This document shows positions 59,186-64,000 of a stretch of DNA of 64,000 nt, piece after piece. The stretch covers positions 4,608,001 to 4,672,000 of the forward strand of contig OY761159.2 in the NCBI GenBank assembly GCA_963664395.2, written 5' to 3'. The stretch comes from Candidatus Binatia bacterium (GTDB lineage Bacteria; Desulfobacterota; Binatia; Bin18). Position numbers and translations under genes: made by a program. Positions within the stretch are counted from its first letter, which is position 1. Each line of letters opens with the position of its first letter. The notes beneath the pieces were generated by a model. That model searched no databases and was not told where the DNA came from. It saw only the letters and a program-made list of their open reading frames with translations.

Positions 59186-60454
59186 ATGTTGTACCTATCG
59201 CATTGCTGTTCGATTTTCTTTCTGTATGCGGCCACTATCGGTATCTTCAGCGCTTGCAGCACCAGGCAAAGGGACACCCGCCTCGGCACGGAGCCCTTTC
59301 CGGTTGTAGCCCAGCCGGGCGCTCCATCTTCACCGCCGGCGCAACCGGAAATGAGCCTGACATCCGACCCGGAGGCAGAACTGGCCTGGGAATTTTTGGC
59401 GGGCGTCGATGAGACAGGCATCATCCCTCATCCTCCAGTGGCCCCGCCCGTTCAGCCTGAGCCCACCGCCTCTCAGCCGGATGAAGAACTCAATGAAGAA
59501 CTCAATGAGGAACTCAATGAGGAACTCCCCCCCCTCCTAGCGCTCGGTCCCCCTCAAGAAGAAAAAGCCTCGGGCTGGCTGGCTTGGGTGCCGGACTTGT
59601 CTCCGGACGAGTCCGGCACAAATGGAAATGCGCAGTACCGGACCGAGCAAGACCTCCTCAAGGTTGTCGCCGAGTTTCAGCGCGTGGCGGCAAAAGATAC
59701 CTACCGCTTTCCTTTACCCAAAGATGTGACCGGAGCCAATGTGCATAAGGCGACACTCACCCGCATCCATGATTATGAAACCAAACATCCGGGTGCCTAT
59801 TCCGAGATTATCGCCTTCACCCGAGGGCGGGCCTATGAAGGGCTGCACGCCTATGAACGAGCCCTGGCCGAGTACCAACGGGTAGCCCAAGGCAAAAGCC
59901 GACTCAAACACGAGGCCCGCCAAGCAGTCGAAGCGCTCACCGCCTTTCAGGCCCTCGCGCAACAGGTACCGACAGCCACAACCGTGGGTGAGTATGTTCA
60001 GGCGCTTGACGAACACGGGCAGCGCTGGAGGGGCTTAGCCCAGCAGTATCAGAACACGCCCTATAGCGCCCTGGCGCGCGAAGAAGAGGAACGTCTTGAC
60101 CAGGCGAAAATCGCCTTCTTTGCAATCAACCGCTACCGGATTGAGGATGGTAACGAGAGCGTTCTCTTGGCCTACCAACAGTTACTTGATAAACATCGGG
60201 AGAGCAAAAACCGCTATCGGTATCGGATGGAGCTAGGGGATTTCTATGTTACGCTCGCCCATGAGTATATTGCCCAGAACGATCCTGAAAGCTTACGTTT
60301 CGATTCCGACATCTTTGAAGCATTGGGACAAGCGGCGCTCCACCATTACGCGAGGGTTGCCCAAGAGGACGGCATCATGGAAAAACTTGAAGCCAAGGGC
60401 AAACTCGAAGCGCTTGAAGCCTATATGGCCAAAGTCGGACGTTTAGGACGTTAA
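59186..60454 (+). CDS. Hypothetical TPR-like lipoprotein
   Basis: Lipobox-like FSAC, Pro/acidic linker with EELN repeats, helical TPR-like segments (RGRAYEGLHAYERALAEYQRV). Confidence 0.7.
   Translation: MLYLSHCCSIFFLYAATIGIFSACSTRQRDTRLGTEPFPVVAQPGAPSSPPAQPEMSLTSDPEAELAWEFLAGVDETGIIPHPPVAPPVQPEPTASQPDEELNEELNEELNEELPPLLALGPPQEEKASGWLAWVPDLSPDESGTNGNAQYRTEQDLLKVVAEFQRVAAKDTYRFPLPKDVTGANVHKATLTRIHDYETKHPGAYSEIIAFTRGRAYEGLHAYERALAEYQRVAQGKSRLKHEARQAVEALTAFQALAQQVPTATTVGEYVQALDEHGQRWRGLAQQYQNTPYSALAREEEERLDQAKIAFFAINRYRIEDGNESVLLAYQQLLDKHRESKNRYRYRMELGDFYVTLAHEYIAQNDPESLRFDSDIFEALGQAALHHYARVAQEDGIMEKLEAKGKLEALEAYMAKVGRLGR
59481..59527 (+). repeat. 12-bp tandem repeat x4 (atga(a/g)gaactca)
   Basis: Read directly; encodes EELN repeats. 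Confidence 0.9.
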
Positions 60455-60457
60455 GCC

Positions 60458-62515
60458 GTGCAGAAAGAAAACGGCATGTGGTATCGTTTCATCCCGCTGC
60501 TCCTGTGTTTCCAGCTCCTGCCTGCATCCCCACTGCACGCTCGGGATTTCGCAGATCCGCTAGCCCGGCGCGTGACTGAGTTTTTGCCGGCCTATACCCC
60601 CTTTGTGCCACCGCTGCCTCCGGAGCGATATTTTCCGGATGAGGTCGGAGAGTACGTTGCCGACGCGATTATTGATGGCTACCTCCAAGACCCGTCAGCA
60701 TTACGAGGCAGGATAGCGCAACTGGAGCGGCAGGATGCGCAACTCTCAGCGCAAGGAGATGAAGCAACCGATGTCATTCCCCTGGTGTATGCCCTGCTGT
60801 ATCGGTCAATAGAGCACAATGGGCAGGAGTATCTCCCACTTGTTGAACTGAACGCGACGCCGGATGAAATTCTCTCTCAGGCGGACCAACTCTACGCCTC
60901 GGAAAAGCGCTACCGTATGGCCCGGCTGTTCAATTGGGTACTCTCGACCTTTGACGTGGCACGGCTGTTTCTCGGCGCGCCGGCCAGTCCCAGTCCATAC
61001 GCGGCTCAAGGCGTAGTCTCTTCAGTCGGCCAACAGTCCGGGCCAAGTCCACGAGAGCGAAAGGCATTGGCCCTGTATCGTCTTTTCCTCGAACAAGCCC
61101 CGAATGATCCGCGTGTCCCGGAAGTCGAAACAAAAATGGAGGCCCTCGACACGAAACGAAAAAAGGCTGCCGTCCAGGCTGAATTGGCCCGGGCTGAGCA
61201 AGCATTCTCTGAAGAAGACTATTGGAAGGCCAATTTTTATTATCAACTCACCCTTCTTGTTGATGAAAACGCCGAGGAAGCCAAAGCCGGCATCCAACAA
61301 GTCGAAGCCCGCCTGCAACACTATGCCGCTCTCAACGCGCACGACCTACCCCAAGACCCACTGGCTGGTGTGAAACAGGCGGAGTGGGAGCACAGTAAGG
61401 AAACCTTGACCTATATGCTGCCAGGGAGCGGGTTTGTCAAAGACAATATTGTTGTGGCCGGCCTCCAGATCGGTACGGAGGGGCTTGTCGGCGCGGCCAC
61501 CTTTGGGGGGCTGACCATGATCCAGACCTTGGGGAAACTGTGGCACGTCATGACCGGACGGGCCGTCTCCCGGCAAGGGATTATTACTGAGGGCGAAAAA
61601 TACTTGCAGCAGACCCCCTCAGAGGAGCGCGCTCCGGAGATCTACCCCATCCTGGCCAAAGCCTATGCGAAGGAAGGCAAGGTTGAGAAAGCCGTTCGGT
61701 ATTATGCCTTAGCCGGCATGGAAGAAGAGATTCCCACGCTCCAGGAAAACGCGGCAGAAGCGCTGCTCGACCAAGCCAACGCAAGTACGCATCAAACGGA
61801 GAAACAAGCCTACCTGCGTCGCCTGCTGGAGAGCTATCCCAAGACTGATGCAGCAAAGAAAGCGGCTGAAGAATTTCAGAAGGGCAGGCGGCCTGAAAAC
61901 CAGGGGCTACAGCTCAGTAAGATGTTCTTGCGCGACAATCCGGACCTGTTTGGCACTCAGGGCCTTGGACTCAAAAGGGAACTGTATGATGGCAACTGGC
62001 GTAATATCGAGCTCACGGACGACGGGATCATCCTCTCCCCCCATGGCGACGTGACACTGCTGTTAGAAAGCGACGATGGTCCTCGAACCAAGGTATACAG
62101 TGTGCCAACGGCGGCGTGGCAACAGTTCTGGCGCACGTTCCGAGAAAAGGGCTATGAAGACGCTCTCTATCGCGGAGACCGAAAAATTGCCAAGCTCGTC
62201 CAGGGGGCGGAGCCAGCAGACATCAAACTCAAGAGCGAGTTTGAAAAAAATGATGAAGACGGCTGGCGCGTCCTGCCTCATCTGACCGGGAGTATGGGAG
62301 AAGGGTTTGACGTACGAGGGACTCTACCCAAAGACATCCTCGGTACCCGCCTTGCGTTTGGGAGAGACCGGCTCAGTAGCTATATTGGCATTGAAGTTCC
62401 CATGCCGCTCGTACCGGTTGATTTTCTCCTCCTCGGTCGCGACGGCCTGCCCTCGCTCTACCCACGCATTCGTCTTCCGGATCAGCATATCAAGGACGAG
62501 GAGTTGTACCGGTAG
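60458..62515 (+). CDS. Hypothetical secreted TPR-containing protein (alternative start 60476)
   Basis: Signal peptide ending PLHA, TPR-like helices (LARAEQAF..EDYWKA, LAKAYAKEGKVEKAVRYY), beta-rich C-terminus; 3 nt from the upstream gene. Confidence 0.7.
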   Translation: MQKENGMWYRFIPLLLCFQLLPASPLHARDFADPLARRVTEFLPAYTPFVPPLPPERYFPDEVGEYVADAIIDGYLQDPSALRGRIAQLERQDAQLSAQGDEATDVIPLVYALLYRSIEHNGQEYLPLVELNATPDEILSQADQLYASEKRYRMARLFNWVLSTFDVARLFLGAPASPSPYAAQGVVSSVGQQSGPSPRERKALALYRLFLEQAPNDPRVPEVETKMEALDTKRKKAAVQAELARAEQAFSEEDYWKANFYYQLTLLVDENAEEAKAGIQQVEARLQHYAALNAHDLPQDPLAGVKQAEWEHSKETLTYMLPGSGFVKDNIVVAGLQIGTEGLVGAATFGGLTMIQTLGKLWHVMTGRAVSRQGIITEGEKYLQQTPSEERAPEIYPILAKAYAKEGKVEKAVRYYALAGMEEEIPTLQENAAEALLDQANASTHQTEKQAYLRRLLESYPKTDAAKKAAEEFQKGRRPENQGLQLSKMFLRDNPDLFGTQGLGLKRELYDGNWRNIELTDDGIILSPHGDVTLLLESDDGPRTKVYSVPTAAWQQFWRTFREKGYEDALYRGDRKIAKLVQGAEPADIKLKSEFEKNDEDGWRVLPHLTGSMGEGFDVRGTLPKDILGTRLAFGRDRLSSYIGIEVPMPLVPVDFLLLGRDGLPSLYPRIRLPDQHIKDEELYR

Positions 62516-62553
62516 TGCTCAGGCGTCGAAGCATACTTCTCATTCCGATTCTC

Positions 62554-63996
62554 TTATGCATTCGCGGCGTAGAAGATAAATTCCACGTCCCCGATACGGA
62601 CGTTCATGCCATCTCTGAGAAGATTTTCGGAAACCTTTTTCCCATTAATATGGATTCCGTTTTTGCTTTGCAAATCGAGCAGCACATAGCCCTGTTTGAC
62701 TTTTTTTATTCGAGCATGTTCACGCGATATGGATGAGTGCAGAATAATTGCCTCACATTCTTCTCCACGCCCAAATGTCATCCCATCACGGGAAAACGCA
62801 ATTTCGCGGGGCACTTCTTCAAATGGACTTTGGCGAACAAGGCGGGCGTACGGAGCGGATGTCCCGGGCACGACAGCAGCTGAGCTTTGATTCATGGAAC
62901 TGGGGCCACCGGTTGCCGTCTTCAGCATACTCAGCACTTCGGCCGGAAGCTCAGGAATCTGATTGAGGCGAACACGCGCCAGTAAAATCAGTCCGCCAGC
63001 GGCTAGGAGTAGAATCACCCCATTCCACACCCCATAGACAACGACGGCTTGCGGGGTGGTTGCGCCAGGTCCTGAGCTGGTCGTAACGACTCGTGCGCCA
63101 CCAATACCACGCACCTGGTAGGAAATACGCGCCTCCCCTTCCCCGTTCGGATGCTGAATGGTAAGCGCGACCTCACGTTCTGCCCCATCCTCGACCGGGC
63201 GTGGGCTGGTATACGTCAGGAAGTATTGCGACGCGAGCGAGCGGCCGATCTCACTAATCAGCTCAGGAAATCGTTCACCCTCACTGACAATATTATAGTG
63301 TCGCCCAGCGCTCTCCTTTGCGATCATATGCAGGTCGGGAGCCATAAAGGGCGGCGGAGAGATAGCAAAGACATTCAGATTCGCCTTTTTAATCTCTGCC
63401 AATACCTCCGCGCCCGACACTTGCGTGACTTCCCGACCGTAGAGATTATTTTTTTCCGAGCCATCCCCGCGCGTATGATTCGGTGCGTCGGTAATCAGGA
63501 TGAGGACAGCCTGGGCGTCAGGCCGAAACGGAAAGCTGCAGGCCAGTAACATCGCATCGAGTGAGTTCTCCGGAATATCGCCTCCGCCTGCCGGACGCAG
63601 AGCGCCAACCCAGCTTTTGAACTCCCGGGCGCTCCGGGTAAACGCCCGCTCGTCCCGAATAACATAATCTTCAAAGGTCACTAAACCTAAACGATAATCC
63701 CGGTTGGCCTTGGACAGGCGGTCGGCAAAATCGATGGTGGCTTCTTTCATGCCGTCAATGAACGGCCCCATGCTTTCCGTTACATCGAAGACTACTACGA
63801 TATCGACAGGCCGGCCCTGCTGTTCCCCTCGGAAATCAATGATCTTGGCGTCCGTACCGTCCTCTTGCACTGTCACGTGCTCTGGCGTGAGTTGTCCGAC
63901 CGGCTGCCCACGTAAATCAGTCGCATTGAAATACAGACCAACGGCACCGCCGTTAGTAAAATTCTCCAATTGGGGATTGGTGACAGATACGACCAC
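62554..63996 (-). CDS. VWA domain - TM - FHA domain protein (5'-truncated by window edge)
   Basis: MIDAS DVTESM, LITDAPNH, a TM helix, FHA motifs FGRG..C, SISREHA, LDLQSKNG. Confidence 0.85.
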   Translation of the reverse strand: MVVSVTNPQLENFTNGGAVGLYFNATDLRGQPVGQLTPEHVTVQEDGTDAKIIDFRGEQQGRPVDIVVVFDVTESMGPFIDGMKEATIDFADRLSKANRDYRLGLVTFEDYVIRDERAFTRSAREFKSWVGALRPAGGGDIPENSLDAMLLACSFPFRPDAQAVLILITDAPNHTRGDGSEKNNLYGREVTQVSGAEVLAEIKKANLNVFAISPPPFMAPDLHMIAKESAGRHYNIVSEGERFPELISEIGRSLASQYFLTYTSPRPVEDGAEREVALTIQHPNGEGEARISYQVRGIGGARVVTTSSGPGATTPQAVVVYGVWNGVILLLAAGGLILLARVRLNQIPELPAEVLSMLKTATGGPSSMNQSSAAVVPGTSAPYARLVRQSPFEEVPREIAFSRDGMTFGRGEECEAIILHSSISREHARIKKVKQGYVLLDLQSKNGIHINGKKVSENLLRDGMNVRIGDVEFIFYAANA

Positions 63997-64000
63997 TGAA

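Overview
This is 64 kb of GC-rich bacterial chromosome, mostly housekeeping and metabolic genes. The gene content resembles Binatia/deltaproteobacterial host-associated genomes, but that is an inference. Recognisable genes include lon, pgk, an OmpA lipoprotein, an M16 peptidase pair, lipA-lipB-lpdA-E2, rnhB, hemE-hemH-hemY, a type IIA topoisomerase pair in A-then-B order, gloA, an RhlE-like helicase, nadA-nrtR with two NrtR-type boxes, dusB-mutL-mutS, a stand-alone EF-G, tRNA-Leu(TAA) and three luciferase-like monooxygenases. The first 4.5 kb encodes two tandem large surface proteins that share a near-identical C-terminal module of about 1 kb. The best candidates for new biology are: (1) a tightly linked three-gene unit of a ferritin-like diiron enzyme, a divergent HMG-CoA-reductase-like enzyme and a DAG-kinase-family lipid kinase (29475-32481), with no mevalonate-pathway context; (2) a PCYCGC-family protein whose ORF runs through an in-frame TGA in a UxxC motif followed by a SECIS-like hairpin, a probable selenoprotein (45918-46364); (3) an uncharacterised TPR lipoprotein/secreted protein pair next to a VWA-FHA protein. 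Also present are a signal-peptide-bearing DNA ligase, two disarmed toxin-antitoxin modules and many short tandem duplications. No CRISPR array, rRNA, transposase or prophage was seen.
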